From assembly GCA_016790475.1 (NCBI GenBank), contig JAEUOX010000172.1, positions 30,557-94,556 on the forward strand: a stretch of DNA of 64,000 nt. The letters run 5' to 3'. Origin of the DNA: Rhodoferax sp. GTDB lineage: Bacteria > Pseudomonadota > Gammaproteobacteria > Burkholderiales > Burkholderiaceae_C. The notes beneath the pieces are model-generated. The model saw only the letters and a program-made list of their open reading frames with translations. It made no database searches and was not told where the DNA came from. Position numbers and translations under genes: made by a program. This document shows, in pieces, positions 53,168 through 63,732 of the stretch; the first letter of the stretch is position 1, and each line of letters starts with the position of its first letter.

Positions 53168-54220
53168 TCAGCGCCCTGCCGCCGCGGTGGTCAGCGCGGC
53201 GAGCGTCTCGTCGACCCGCGGGAGCTCCATGCTGCGCAACTGGCCCTGTACCTGCTGCAGCAGGTTGGCCGCCGACTGCGTCTTGCGGGAGGACGGATCG
53301 AAATACTTGTTCAGGCTGGCCGACGAGGCCGCCACGTCGGCGCGGGCGGATTCCAGCTGCCGGGCCAGCAGCCCCAGCCGCGCGTTCAGCAGCTTGAGCT
53401 TGAAATTCTCGCGCACGAAGAAGGACTGCTCCGGCGACAGCAAGACCGCCTCCGGATGCTCGATGCGGCTGACCCGCAGCAGCTTGCGCGCCTCCTCGCC
53501 CAGCACGCGCAGGCCACGCTCCCACCAGGTCGGCGGTGTCTCGGTGTCGGCCCGCTGCAGCGAACCGCCGGCGCTGACGGCCGCCACCGCATTCACCAGT
53601 GGCAACTCGTCGGACAGGCGCAGCAGTTCGTCGATGCGCGCCAGCAGCGCCGGCGTGTCGGACACCGTCGCATTGCCGATGCGGTTGAGGTCCCGCGCAA
53701 TGGCCCGCTGCACCTGGGCCAGACGCGGCTGCGCGGCCCGGTTGACGCGCTGCTCCGCGCTCTTGAGTGCGGCGACGAGCGGCTCGACGCTGCCGGTGAG
53801 CTGGGCCTGCTGCTGCGCTAGCCGCAGCGCGGACTCGATGTCCACCACCAGATTCTCGTCGCGGGAGCGCGACAGGCTCTGGATCAGGTCCTCGACCTGG
53901 TTGCGCTGCAGGGCGACCTCGCCCAGCTTGGCCTCGGTCACCGCCAGCCGTGCGGCCAGATCGCGGGCCAGCTCCTGCGCCTGGCGCGCCGTGCTGCGGG
54001 CCTCCGTGGCCTGGACCGCCGATTCCGCCATCTGCCGTGCGACCTGCTCACGGGTGACCGCCAGCCGCTGCCATTGCAACACGCTGAGCACCAGTGCCAG
54101 CAGTGCCAGCACCAGACCGACCCAGGACACGACCGACGGCCGCGGCAGACCGGTCGCCCCGGCTGGCGCCGGCGCGGTGACGGTCGCGGGGCCGCTCGGT
54201 TCAGGCAAGGGGTCGCTCAT
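53168..54220 (-). CDS. hemX: HemX-family protein
   Basis: From MSDPLPEP (ATGA overlap with hemD); TM then coiled coil, LRLAQQQAQLTG, LLSPEQSFFVRENFKLKLLNARL. Confidence 0.9.
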   Translation of the reverse strand: MSDPLPEPSGPATVTAPAPAGATGLPRPSVVSWVGLVLALLALVLSVLQWQRLAVTREQVARQMAESAVQATEARSTARQAQELARDLAARLAVTEAKLGEVALQRNQVEDLIQSLSRSRDENLVVDIESALRLAQQQAQLTGSVEPLVAALKSAEQRVNRAAQPRLAQVQRAIARDLNRIGNATVSDTPALLARIDELLRLSDELPLVNAVAAVSAGGSLQRADTETPPTWWERGLRVLGEEARKLLRVSRIEHPEAVLLSPEQSFFVRENFKLKLLNARLGLLARQLESARADVAASSASLNKYFDPSSRKTQSAANLLQQVQGQLRSMELPRVDETLAALTTAAAGR

Positions 54221-55008
54221 GCGATCGATTCTATCGACGCGACCACGTCGTCCAGGCGGGGCCGCGTTTCCCAGACCCGGCCGAAACCGGCCGCGCGTGC
54301 CCCCGCGGCAATGCGTGGATGCGTCGCCAGAGCGCGGGCCTGCGCCAGGGTCTGACCGGCCAGCGCCGCCGCCAGATGGGCGATCGCCTGCGAGCTCGTG
54401 AACAGCCACAGCGACCCGTCGGAACAGGCGGCTGCGGCCTCCGCGCGCTGGCTGGCAGTCCAGGGTACGGCACCGCGCTCGTACGCCATGACCAGCTCCA
54501 CGCGGGCACCTGCCTGCCCCAGGGTCTGCGCCAGCCACTCGCGGCCCTGGCCGGCGGACGGGGCCGGCGCGTCCTCCTCCGGTGACGCGTCCCCGCCCCG
54601 CACGATCAGCACCCGCCAGCCCGGCTTCACGGTCGGGCCCACCACGCGCCACAGCGCCTCGGAATCGAACTGCCCGCTGGCAGCCGCCGGCGCATCGATG
54701 CGGGAAGCGGGCACCTGCAACCGCTCCAGCGCGGCCCGGGTGCCAGGCCCCGGCGCCCAGAAGCGCAGCCCGGACGGCAGCGGGGTGTCCGGCGGACGCA
54801 ATGCGAAGAAGTGTTCGACGGCCGCCCCGCTGACGGCCATCACCGCCTCAAAGCCGGCCAGCTGCCGCCAGCAGCGGTGCACCGCGGCGGGATCGCGGAC
54901 CGGACCGATCCGGATCAGCGGCCAGGCCGCCGCCGCAACACCACGCGCGCGCAGGCCCTGCACCCAGGCCGCGCATTCCGGTTCAGGGCGGGTGACGAGC
55001 ACTCGCAT
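54217..55008 (-). CDS. hemD: Uroporphyrinogen-III synthase
   Basis: MRVLVTRP, WPLIRI, GPGT..AL, FDSEAL, GREWL, AYER, FTSS. Confidence 0.92.
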   Translation of the reverse strand: MRVLVTRPEPECAAWVQGLRARGVAAAAWPLIRIGPVRDPAAVHRCWRQLAGFEAVMAVSGAAVEHFFALRPPDTPLPSGLRFWAPGPGTRAALERLQVPASRIDAPAAASGQFDSEALWRVVGPTVKPGWRVLIVRGGDASPEEDAPAPSAGQGREWLAQTLGQAGARVELVMAYERGAVPWTASQRAEAAAACSDGSLWLFTSSQAIAHLAAALAGQTLAQARALATHPRIAAGARAAGFGRVWETRPRLDDVVASIESIA

Positions 55009-55029
55009 GGCATGCGCCACGCCGCCCGC

Positions 55030-55986
55030 TCAGGCGACCGCGCGCACGGCGCCGCCCGCGCACAGCCGCAGCGCGACACCGCGCCCCAGCGCGCGCGCCT
55101 GCTCCATCGTGCGGACCGGGGCCGCGTCGGAGGCACGCACCAGCGGCCGGGCCGGGCCGTCGTCGACGACGCCCCAGGCGGCCTCGATCTGCAGGCTGTC
55201 CCCCTGCCAGACGGCGTGGGCAGCCAGCGGCATCGAGCAGCTGCCGCCCATCTCCAGGCTCACCGCACGCTCGGCCGCCACCGCCAGCCAGGTGGGCGTG
55301 TGCGCCAGCGGCTGCAGCGCCTGCTGCACGTCGGGGCGGTCCGCCCGGATCTCGATGCCCAGCGCGCCCTGCCCTGCGGCCGGCAGCATCTCGGACGGTG
55401 CGAACGCGGTGCGGATCCGGTCGCCGAAGCCCAGCCGCTTCAGGCCGGCCGCGGCCAGCACGATCGCCTGGTAGGCGCCCTCGTCCAGCCGGCGCAGCCG
55501 GGTGTTCACGTTGCCCCGCAGGGGTTCAATCCGGATGTCGGTGCGGCCCAGGCGCGCGAACGCATCGCGCAGCAGCACCACACGGCGCAGGCTCGAGGTG
55601 CCGACAACCGCGCCCTGCGGCAGCTCCGCCAGCCCGGCATGCTGGCCGGACACCCAGGCGTCGCGCGGATCCTCGCGCTCCATCACGCAGGCCAGCGCGA
55701 AGCCCTCGGGGAGCTCCATCGGCACGTCCTTCAGCGAATGCACCGCCAGGTCCGCCCGGCCATCTTCCAGCGCCAGCTCCAGCTCCTTGACGAACAGGCC
55801 CTTGCCACCGACCTTGCTCAGCGAGCGGTCCAGGATCTGGTCGCCCTTGGTGGTCATGCCGAGCAGCTGCACCCGGTGTCCGCGCTGCTCCAGAAGCGCC
55901 TTGACATGTTCGGCCTGCCAGAGGGCCAGCGGGCTTTCGCGCGTGGCAATCACGAGGGAGGAAGCGGTGGCTGCGGCGTGGGGCAC
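55030..55986 (-). CDS. hemC: Hydroxymethylbilane synthase (porphobilinogen deaminase)
   Basis: [55 protein letters not shown]; GTG start inferred. Confidence 0.97.
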   Translation of the reverse strand: MPHAAATASSLVIATRESPLALWQAEHVKALLEQRGHRVQLLGMTTKGDQILDRSLSKVGGKGLFVKELELALEDGRADLAVHSLKDVPMELPEGFALACVMEREDPRDAWVSGQHAGLAELPQGAVVGTSSLRRVVLLRDAFARLGRTDIRIEPLRGNVNTRLRRLDEGAYQAIVLAAAGLKRLGFGDRIRTAFAPSEMLPAAGQGALGIEIRADRPDVQQALQPLAHTPTWLAVAAERAVSLEMGGSCSMPLAAHAVWQGDSLQIEAAWGVVDDGPARPLVRASDAAPVRTMEQARALGRGVALRLCAGGAVRAVA

Positions 55987-56074
55987 GTTGGTAACCTGTT
56001 CGTAATCGGTCTGCTTGCGTCTGATGCTAGCATGGCCCATCTCCCCAGCAGGGCCTTGCCAGGGGCCCCCTCCC

Positions 56075-58909
56075 ATGACCACCCGTACCAGCACCGAGTC
56101 GGCCCAGCGGGCCCGTGAGAACGAACGCCCGCTCGTCGAGGACATCCGGCTTCTGGGCCGCATCCTCGGCGACGTGATCCGCGACCAGGACGGCACCGAG
56201 GCCTTCGAACTGATCGAGCAGATCCGCAAGCTGTCGGTCGCGTTCCGCCGCCATGCCGACCAGGACGCCGACCAGTCGCTGAAGAAGCTGCTCAGCAGCC
56301 TCAGCGGCGACCAGACCGTCAGCGTGATCCGGGCCTTCACCTATTTCAGCCACCTGGCCAACCTGGCCGAGGACCGGCACCACATCCGCCGGCGCGCCGT
56401 GCACGAGCGTGCCGGCGACACCCAGGAGGGCAGCATCGACGTCGCGCTGTCGCGGCTGCGCTGGGCGGGCATCGCGCCGGCCACGGTGGCCCAGACGCTG
56501 GCCGAGAGTTATGTCTCCCCGGTGCTCACCGCGCACCCGACCGAGGTGCAGCGCAAGAGCATCCTGGACGCCGAGCGCGGCATCGCGCAGCTGCTGGTGG
56601 CACGCGACGACATCCGGATGCGCGCGCTGGCCGCCGGCAGCCGCAAGGACGCGCTGAGCCCGCGCGAGCTGGCGGCCAACGAGGCGCAGATCCGGGCCCG
56701 GGTGATGCAGCTGTGGCAGACCCGCCTGCTGCGCTTCACGAAGCTGACGGTCGCCGACGAGGTCGAGAACGCGCTGAGCTACTACGAAGCGACCTTCCTG
56801 CGCGAGATCCCGAAGGTCTATGCCACGCTGGAGCGCGAGCTCGACCAGGGCCGCATCGCCAGCTTCCTGCGCATGGGCCAGTGGATCGGTGGCGACCGCG
56901 ACGGCAACCCGAACGTCAGCGCCCAGACCCTGACCTACGCGCTGCGCCGCCAGTCCGAGGTCGCGCTGCGCCACTACCTGACCGAGGTGCACTACCTCGG
57001 CGGCGAGCTGTCGGTCTCGGGGATGCTGGTGGACTGCTCCCCGGAGATGCGCGCGCTGGCCGAACGCTCGCCGGACACCAACGAGCACCGCCAGGACGAA
57101 CCCTACCGCCGTGCGCTGACCGGCATGTATGCCCGGCTGGCCGCCACGCTGAAGGACCTGGCCGGCGGCGACGCCGCCCGGCACGCCGTCGCACCGCAGA
57201 ACCCCTACCTGCTGGCCGAGGAGTTCTCGGCCGACCTGCGCACGATCGAGGCTTCGCTGCTGTCGCACCACGGCGCGGCCCTGGTCGGACAGCGGCTGCA
57301 GCCGCTGATCCGTGCGGTCGAGGTGTTCGGCTTTCACCTGGCCACCGTGGACCTGCGCCAGAGCTCCGACAAGCATGAGGAGGTCGTGGCCGAGCTGCTG
57401 GCGGTGGCCCGGATCGAGCCGGCCTATGCGCAGCTCGACGAGGCCGCGCGCCGCACGCTGCTGCTGCGCCTGCTGGACGACGCCCGCCCCCTGCGGGTGC
57501 GCGACCATGCCTACTCCGCGCTGGCGCACTCCGAGATCGAGATCTTCGAGACGGCCCGGACGATGGTCCGGCGCTACGGCCGCGAATCGATCCGGCACTA
57601 CATCATCAGCCACACCGAGACCGTCAGCGACCTGCTGGAGGTGCTGCTGCTGCAGAAGGAAGTCGGCCTGCTGCAGGGCACGCTGGACGCCGGTGCGCAG
57701 GCGCAGCTGATCGTCGTGCCGCTGTTCGAGACCATCGAGGACCTGCGCAACGCGCCGGAGATCATGCGTGCGTTCTATGCGCTGCCCGGCATCCGGGCGC
57801 TGGTGCAGCGCAGCGGGGCCGAGCAGGACATCATGCTGGGCTACTCCGACAGCAACAAGGATGGCGGCATCTTCACCAGCAACTGGGAGCTCTACCGCGC
57901 CGAGATCGCGCTGGTGGATCTGTTCGACGAGATGGCCCGCAGCGGCCCGGGCGCGAGCCGCATCCGGCTGCGCATGTTCCATGGCCGCGGCGGCACCGTC
58001 GGCCGCGGCGGCGGCCCGAGCTACCAGGCGATCCTGGCGCAACCGCCGGGCACGGTGCGCGGCCAGATCCGGCTGACCGAGCAGGGCGAGGTGATCGGCT
58101 CGAAGTACGCCAATCCGGAGATCGGACGCCGCAACCTGGAGACGCTGGTGGCCGCCACGCTGGAGGCCACACTGCTGCAGCCCACCAAGCCGGCCACGCA
58201 GGAGTTCCTGGACACCGCCGCGCAGCTCTCGCAGGCCAGCATGGCGGCCTACCGCGCGCTGGTCTACGAGACGCCCGGCTTCACCGAGTACTTCTTCGGC
58301 TCCACGCCGATCCGCGAGATCGCCGAACTCAACATCGGCTCCCGCCCGGCATCCCGCAAAGCCACGCAGAAGATCGAGGACCTGCGCGCGATTCCCTGGG
58401 GCTTCAGCTGGGGCCAGTGCCGGCTGACGCTGCCGGGCTGGTACGGCTTCGGCACCGCGGTGCACGAATTCCTGCAGGGGGCCGACAGCCGGCAGCGCAA
58501 GGAGCGCCTGGCGCTGCTGCAGAAGATGGAACGCCAGTGGCCCTTCTTCGGCACCCTGCTGTCCAACATGGACATGGTGATGGCCAAGAGCGATCTGGCG
58601 CTGGGCGCCCGGTATGCGGAGCTGGTCGGCAACACCCGGCTGCGTCGCAAGATCCTCGCGGCGATCGAGTCCGAGTGGCACCGCACCGCCGACGCGCTGG
58701 CGCAGATCACCGGGCACCGGCAGCGGCTGGCCGGCAATGCCGCGCTGCAGCGCTCGATCCGCCACCGCTTTCCGTACATCGACCCGCTGCACCACCTGCA
58801 GGTCGAGCTGATCCGGCGCTACCGCGCGGGACACGCCGACGAGCGCGTGCGCCGCGGCATCCACATCTCGATCAACGGCATTGCCGCCGGCTTGCGCAAC
58901 ACCGGCTGA
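56075..58909 (+). CDS. ppc: Phosphoenolpyruvate carboxylase
   Basis: [52 protein letters not shown], terminal GLRNTG. Confidence 0.98.
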   Translation: MTTRTSTESAQRARENERPLVEDIRLLGRILGDVIRDQDGTEAFELIEQIRKLSVAFRRHADQDADQSLKKLLSSLSGDQTVSVIRAFTYFSHLANLAEDRHHIRRRAVHERAGDTQEGSIDVALSRLRWAGIAPATVAQTLAESYVSPVLTAHPTEVQRKSILDAERGIAQLLVARDDIRMRALAAGSRKDALSPRELAANEAQIRARVMQLWQTRLLRFTKLTVADEVENALSYYEATFLREIPKVYATLERELDQGRIASFLRMGQWIGGDRDGNPNVSAQTLTYALRRQSEVALRHYLTEVHYLGGELSVSGMLVDCSPEMRALAERSPDTNEHRQDEPYRRALTGMYARLAATLKDLAGGDAARHAVAPQNPYLLAEEFSADLRTIEASLLSHHGAALVGQRLQPLIRAVEVFGFHLATVDLRQSSDKHEEVVAELLAVARIEPAYAQLDEAARRTLLLRLLDDARPLRVRDHAYSALAHSEIEIFETARTMVRRYGRESIRHYIISHTETVSDLLEVLLLQKEVGLLQGTLDAGAQAQLIVVPLFETIEDLRNAPEIMRAFYALPGIRALVQRSGAEQDIMLGYSDSNKDGGIFTSNWELYRAEIALVDLFDEMARSGPGASRIRLRMFHGRGGTVGRGGGPSYQAILAQPPGTVRGQIRLTEQGEVIGSKYANPEIGRRNLETLVAATLEATLLQPTKPATQEFLDTAAQLSQASMAAYRALVYETPGFTEYFFGSTPIREIAELNIGSRPASRKATQKIEDLRAIPWGFSWGQCRLTLPGWYGFGTAVHEFLQGADSRQRKERLALLQKMERQWPFFGTLLSNMDMVMAKSDLALGARYAELVGNTRLRRKILAAIESEWHRTADALAQITGHRQRLAGNAALQRSIRHRFPYIDPLHHLQVELIRRYRAGHADERVRRGIHISINGIAAGLRNTG

Positions 58910-58917
58910 ACCGGTGC

Positions 58918-59793
58918 TCAGGCTGTGCCGGCCAGGTGCCGGTCCAGCCGATCCAGGCAGTCCCGCAGGTAACCGGCGTAGTCGAACGCGACCCGCCGGT
59001 GCTGGGCCGACACCGCGGCCCACAGCGCCTCGCGCAGCAGCGACGCGGTCTGCATCGCCTGCAGGCCGGCCACCCAGCAGGGATCCGGCGCGACGTCGCC
59101 ATACAGCCGCAGCAGTTCCCGGTCCAGCGCGGCATCGAAGCCGTTGTTCGTCGACAGGTTGGCCAGATCGAACAGCGGGTTCCCGTAGCCGGCGTAGTCC
59201 CAGTCGATCAGCCACAGGCGCTGTCCGTCGTCGATGAAGTTGGCCGCCAGCAGGTCGTTGTGCCCGAACACCGGCGCCAGCGGCGGCACCCGGAGCTCCA
59301 GGCGCTGTGCCAGCGCCTCCAGCACATCGAGCCGGTCGGCCGGCAAGGGGCCGGGCTGCGCGCGCAGGCGCTGCAGATAGCCGCGCAGCACCGCGAACAC
59401 GTCGAAACGGGCGGCGGCGTCCGGCAGCAGCGCCGGCATGCCGGCGTGGCAGCGCCGCAGCAGCGCCAGCGCCGGCTCCAGTTGCCGGGGATTGCGCAGG
59501 TCGACCGGCGTCAGCGTGCGCCCGGCGATGTAGCGGCTGACCATCAGGCCCGGTTCGGCATGCACCACCTGCGGCGACAGACCCAGGGCCTGGGCGGCCC
59601 GGGCGGCCGCCAGCTCCTGGGTGCGCAGCACGCCATGCTCGGGCAGATCCACACCGAGGCGCAGCACATATCGGGCGGCGCCATCCTGCACCAGGAAGTT
59701 GTGGTTCGTCATGCCGCCGTCCAGCGGCGCCAGCCGGGGCGTTCCCTGCCAGCACGGCAGGCTGCGGATCCGGTCCCGGGTCTGGGGGTCCAT
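58918..59793 (-). CDS. Choline/ethanolamine kinase (APH/ChoK superfamily) protein
   Basis: From MDPQTRDR; GGMTNHN, Brenner motif GHNDLLAANFI, LIDWDYAGYG.P.FDLA. Confidence 0.88.
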   Translation of the reverse strand: MDPQTRDRIRSLPCWQGTPRLAPLDGGMTNHNFLVQDGAARYVLRLGVDLPEHGVLRTQELAAARAAQALGLSPQVVHAEPGLMVSRYIAGRTLTPVDLRNPRQLEPALALLRRCHAGMPALLPDAAARFDVFAVLRGYLQRLRAQPGPLPADRLDVLEALAQRLELRVPPLAPVFGHNDLLAANFIDDGQRLWLIDWDYAGYGNPLFDLANLSTNNGFDAALDRELLRLYGDVAPDPCWVAGLQAMQTASLLREALWAAVSAQHRRVAFDYAGYLRDCLDRLDRHLAGTA

Positions 59794-59821
59794 GCTGGCG
59801 GGCGGCCGGGCCGGGTGTCGC

Positions 59822-60562
59822 TCAGCGGGGCGCGCCGAGCAGCTCACGCACGGCGGCCAGTTGCCGGCGCGATACCGCCAGCGGCTCGCCGATGCCCTGC
59901 AGGCGCACGGCCCAGCCCTCGCCTTCCTCGTCGTCGTAGTGCTTCTCGAGCGCACGCACCAGCCGCCGCGTGACCAGCGCATTGCGGTGGATGCGCAGGA
60001 ACTGCGCACCGAACTTCTCCTCCAGCTCGCTCAGCGAGGCGTCCAGGATGTAGCTGCGCTCCGCGGTGCGCACCGTCACGTACTTCAGCTCTGCCTTCAG
60101 GTAGGCCACGTCCTGCAGCGGCACGCGCTCGGTGCGTCCGCGGTCCTGGATCGTCAGGAACTCCTGCGCCGCGGCCTCCGGCACCTGGCGCTGCAGCGCG
60201 CGCTCCACCTTCTGCAGCGCCAGCGTCAGCCTGGAAAGCCGCACCGGCTTGGTCAGGTAGTCGACCGCCTCGATCTCGAAGGCCTGCACCGCATGCTCCG
60301 CATGCGCAGTCACGAACACGATGGCCGGCGGCTGCGGCAGGGCCTGCAGCGAGCGCGCCAGCGCCATGCCGTCGGCGCCCGGCATGTGCACATCCAGCAG
60401 CGCGACGTCGAAGGTCTGCCGGGCCAGCAGCGCCAGCGCCTGCGCGGCATTGCCGGCCTCGCCCTCGACCTGCACCCGCGGCGCGGGGCACTCGCCCAGC
60501 AGCGTGCGCAGCCTCGCCCGCGCCAGCGGTTCGTCATCCACGATCAATGCCCTGAGCGTCAT
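59822..60562 (-). CDS. algR: LytTR-family response regulator (AlgR-like)
   Basis: LIVDDEPLAR, LLDVHMPG, FVTAH, DYLTKP, FLRIHRNALV, VSRR. Confidence 0.88.
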   Translation of the reverse strand: MTLRALIVDDEPLARARLRTLLGECPAPRVQVEGEAGNAAQALALLARQTFDVALLDVHMPGADGMALARSLQALPQPPAIVFVTAHAEHAVQAFEIEAVDYLTKPVRLSRLTLALQKVERALQRQVPEAAAQEFLTIQDRGRTERVPLQDVAYLKAELKYVTVRTAERSYILDASLSELEEKFGAQFLRIHRNALVTRRLVRALEKHYDDEEGEGWAVRLQGIGEPLAVSRRQLAAVRELLGAPR

Positions 60563-61596
60563 GCCGGTACCTCGATGCGCACCTGGTACACCCCGTCCAC
60601 CAGCCCGCTGCGGAACTGGCCCTGCACATCATGCAGCAGCCGCAGCCGGTCCTGCACATTCTGCAGTGCCAGGCCATGGCCCGGCGCGCCGGTGCCGGCG
60701 GGCACGGTGTTGGTGACCTTGATCAGCACCACCGAGCCGCGGCGCTGCGTCGAGATGCGCACCGTGGCGCCCGCCTCGCTGGGCTCGACCCCATGGCGCA
60801 CCGCGTTCTCGACCAGCGGCTGCAGCAGCAGGGGCGGCAGGCGCGCCGCGCCGGCGCGCGGATCCAGCGACCATTCGATCTGCAAGCGCTCGCCGAAGCG
60901 CACCTGCTCGATCGCCAGGTAGCGCTGCGCCAGCGCGATCTCGTCGTCCAGCGTGGCCGACTCGCCCTGGTCGATCAGCGCATGGCGGAACAGGTCGCTG
61001 AGATCCTCCAGCAGCGCCTCGGCCTTCGCGGGCTCGGCGCGCACCAGCGCGATCGCGCTGTTGAGCGTGTTGAACAGGAAATGCGGCCGGATGCGCGACT
61101 GCAGCTCGGTCAGCCGCGCCGCCGTGGCCGCCGGCTGCCGGCCGCGGGCCCGCAGCACCAGCGCTGCCACCAGTGCCGCGGCCAGGCCGGCGCCGGCGCT
61201 GGCACTGGAGACCCAGGGTGCCTGCTCGCTGAGCCCGGCCAGATACAGCATCGCGCAGCCATAGACCCCCGCCAGCGCGCCCAGCCCCATGCCGGCGGCC
61301 ACCTGCGCCGGCTCCGGCCAGCGCCCGAGCCAGCGCTTCAGGCTGCAGGCCACGATCAGCCAGGCCAGCGTGGCCGGCAGCGTGGCCGCCGTCAGCACGG
61401 CCAGACGCAGCAGCCAGTCCAGCGGTGTGGCCGCGCCGAACATCGCACCGATCGCTCCGACGACCTCGACGAACAGCACCGCACGCAGCACGACACCGAG
61501 CTGGCAGGCATCGAACACCAGCGCCCGGCACCCCTCCGGCGCGGGCGCACCGGGGTCCAGTTCCTGGAAGGTCGATAAAATTTCGGTGTCTTTCAT
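60559..61596 (-). CDS. fimS: LytS-type sensor histidine kinase (FimS/AlgZ-like)
   Basis: [40 protein letters not shown]; divergent from argH as in Pseudomonas. Confidence 0.85.
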   Translation of the reverse strand: MKDTEILSTFQELDPGAPAPEGCRALVFDACQLGVVLRAVLFVEVVGAIGAMFGAATPLDWLLRLAVLTAATLPATLAWLIVACSLKRWLGRWPEPAQVAAGMGLGALAGVYGCAMLYLAGLSEQAPWVSSASAGAGLAAALVAALVLRARGRQPAATAARLTELQSRIRPHFLFNTLNSAIALVRAEPAKAEALLEDLSDLFRHALIDQGESATLDDEIALAQRYLAIEQVRFGERLQIEWSLDPRAGAARLPPLLLQPLVENAVRHGVEPSEAGATVRISTQRRGSVVLIKVTNTVPAGTGAPGHGLALQNVQDRLRLLHDVQGQFRSGLVDGVYQVRIEVPA

Positions 61597-61675
61597 CGCT
61601 GCGTCGGCATCTGCCCGATTATTGGTGATCCTCCGAGCCTCTCGCCCGCACCCCGGGCCCAACCTGCCTCTCCCG

Positions 61676-63076
61676 ATGTCCCAGAACCAACTCGACAAGA
61701 AATCCGAAGCCTGGTCGGCCCTGTTCTCCGAGCCGATGAGCGACCTGGTCAAGCGCTACACCTCCAGCGTGTTCTTCGACCAGCGCCTGTGGAAGCAGGA
61801 CATCCGCGGCTCGCTGGCCCATGCGGAGATGCTGTGCCACCAGGGCATCCTCGGCGCCGACGACCTGGCCGCCATCCAGCGCGGCATGGCCACGATCACG
61901 CAGGAGATCGAGAACGGAAGCTTCACCTGGAAGCTCGACCTGGAGGACGTGCACCTGAACATCGAGGCCCGGCTGACGCAGCTCGTCGGCGACGCCGGCA
62001 AGCGCCTGCACACCGGGCGCTCGCGCAACGACCAGGTCGCCACCGACGTGCGCCTGTGGCTGCGCGACGAGATCGACCTGATCGACGGCCTGCTGGCGCA
62101 ACTGCAGACGGCGCTGCTGGCGCTGGCCGAGCAGCATGCCGACGCGATCCTGCCGGGCTTCACGCACCTGCAGGTGGCCCAGCCGGTCAGCTTCGGGCAC
62201 CACATGCTGGCCTATGTGGAGATGTTCGCACGCGACGCCGAGCGCCTGCAGGACGTACGCCGCCGCGTCAACCGGCTGCCGCTGGGCGCCGCCGCGCTGG
62301 CCGGCACCAGCTACCCGCTGGACCGCGAGCGCGTCGCCGCCACGCTGGGCATGGAAGGTGTGTGCCAGAACAGCCTGGACGCCGTCAGCGACCGCGACTT
62401 CGCGATCGAGTTCAGCGCCGCGGCCAGCCTGGCCATGGTGCACATCAGCCGGCTCAGCGAGGAGCTGGTGCTGTGGATGAGCCAGAGCTTCGGCTTCATC
62501 GACATCGCTGACCGCTTCTGCACTGGCAGCTCGATCATGCCGCAGAAGAAGAACCCGGACGTACCGGAGCTCGCACGGGGCAAGTCCGGCCGCGTGATCG
62601 GCCACCTGATGGGCCTGCTGACGCTGATGAAGGGCCAGCCACTGGCCTACAACAAGGACAACCAGGAAGACAAGGAGCCGCTGTTCGACACCGTGGACAC
62701 GCTGAAGGACACGCTGCGCATCTTTGCCGAGATGGTGGGCGGCATCACGATCCGGCCGCAGGCCATGGAACGCGCTGCGCTGAAGGGCTATGCCACCGCC
62801 ACCGACCTGGCCGACTACCTGACCAAGAAGGGCCTGCCCTTCCGCGACGCGCACGAGACGGTCGCCCATGCGGTCAAGGCCGCGATCGCGCAGGGCGTCG
62901 ATCTGTCCGAGCTGCCGCTGGAAGCGCTGCAGAAGTTCAACCCGGCGATCGGCCCCGACGTCTTTGGCGTGCTGAGCCTGCGCGGCTCGCTGAACGCCCG
63001 CAACATCCTGGGCGGCACCGCACCGGCGCAGGTGCGGGCCCAGGTGGCGCGGCATCGCGGGAGGCTGCAGGCATGA
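61676..63076 (+). CDS. argH: Argininosuccinate lyase
   Basis: [47 protein letters not shown]. Confidence 0.98.
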   Translation: MSQNQLDKKSEAWSALFSEPMSDLVKRYTSSVFFDQRLWKQDIRGSLAHAEMLCHQGILGADDLAAIQRGMATITQEIENGSFTWKLDLEDVHLNIEARLTQLVGDAGKRLHTGRSRNDQVATDVRLWLRDEIDLIDGLLAQLQTALLALAEQHADAILPGFTHLQVAQPVSFGHHMLAYVEMFARDAERLQDVRRRVNRLPLGAAALAGTSYPLDRERVAATLGMEGVCQNSLDAVSDRDFAIEFSAAASLAMVHISRLSEELVLWMSQSFGFIDIADRFCTGSSIMPQKKNPDVPELARGKSGRVIGHLMGLLTLMKGQPLAYNKDNQEDKEPLFDTVDTLKDTLRIFAEMVGGITIRPQAMERAALKGYATATDLADYLTKKGLPFRDAHETVAHAVKAAIAQGVDLSELPLEALQKFNPAIGPDVFGVLSLRGSLNARNILGGTAPAQVRAQVARHRGRLQA

Positions 63077-63651
63077 ACCGCAGACGCTTGACAGTGGCCG
63101 GCCTGGTGGGCCTCAGTCTGGGCCTGGCGGCCTGCTCGCCGAAGGAATCGGCCGCGCCGGCGGCTCCGAAGCGCAGCCCGTCGGTCGAGATCGTCGCGGC
63201 CGAGGGCCGGGGCCTCACGGTCGGCGCGATGATGAGCACCCAGGCGGTGTACGTGCTGTTCGACACCCAGTGCCCCCACTGCGCGCGGCTGTGGGAGGCC
63301 TCGGTGCCGCTGCAGAAGAAGGCCAAGTTCATCTGGATCCCGGTGGGCCTGCTGAATGCGGCCAGCTCGGCGCAGGGCGCGGCGTTGCTCGCCGCGGCAG
63401 ACCCGGCCCAGGCGATGGCCGAGCATGAGAAGTCGATGCTGGCCGGCCAGGGCGGCATCTCGGCGCCGTCCAGCCTGCCGGCCGAGCTGCAGGAGGCGCT
63501 CAAGAGCAACACCCGGCTGTTCAACAACCTGGGCCTGGAGTCCGTGCCCTTCACGATCACGCGCAATGCCCGCAGCGGCATGACGGTCAGCCGCAGCGGG
63601 TCGATGGACACCGCCACGCTGGCCGAACTGATCGGCGTCGACGCACCCTGA
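63073..63651 (+). CDS. Thioredoxin-fold lipoprotein, DsbG/DsbC-like
   Basis: Lipobox [12 protein letters not shown] active site, WIPVGLL, cis-Pro loop SVPF; ATGA overlap with argH. Confidence 0.85.
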   Translation: MNRRRLTVAGLVGLSLGLAACSPKESAAPAAPKRSPSVEIVAAEGRGLTVGAMMSTQAVYVLFDTQCPHCARLWEASVPLQKKAKFIWIPVGLLNAASSAQGAALLAAADPAQAMAEHEKSMLAGQGGISAPSSLPAELQEALKSNTRLFNNLGLESVPFTITRNARSGMTVSRSGSMDTATLAELIGVDAP

Positions 63652-63673
63652 CGCGGCAGCGGCGGATGGCGAC

Positions 63674-63706
63674 CTTAAGACTCGTCTAAGCCGCCCGGCG
63701 CAGAAT
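63674..63706 (+). promoter_or_regulatory. PmrA/QseB-type direct-repeat box with a downstream -10
   Basis: CTTAAG-N5-TCTAAG (63674-63690), then CAGAAT at 63701-63706, ahead of an OmpR-family regulator gene. Confidence 0.6.
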
Positions 63707-63732
63707 CGGCCGCAGTTTCAGGAGCCCTGCCC

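Noticed and set aside
56027-59755. 1242-aa minus-strand ORF, the longest in the track
   Set aside because: An off-frame read of the kinase gene joined to the antisense of ppc; no domain signature.
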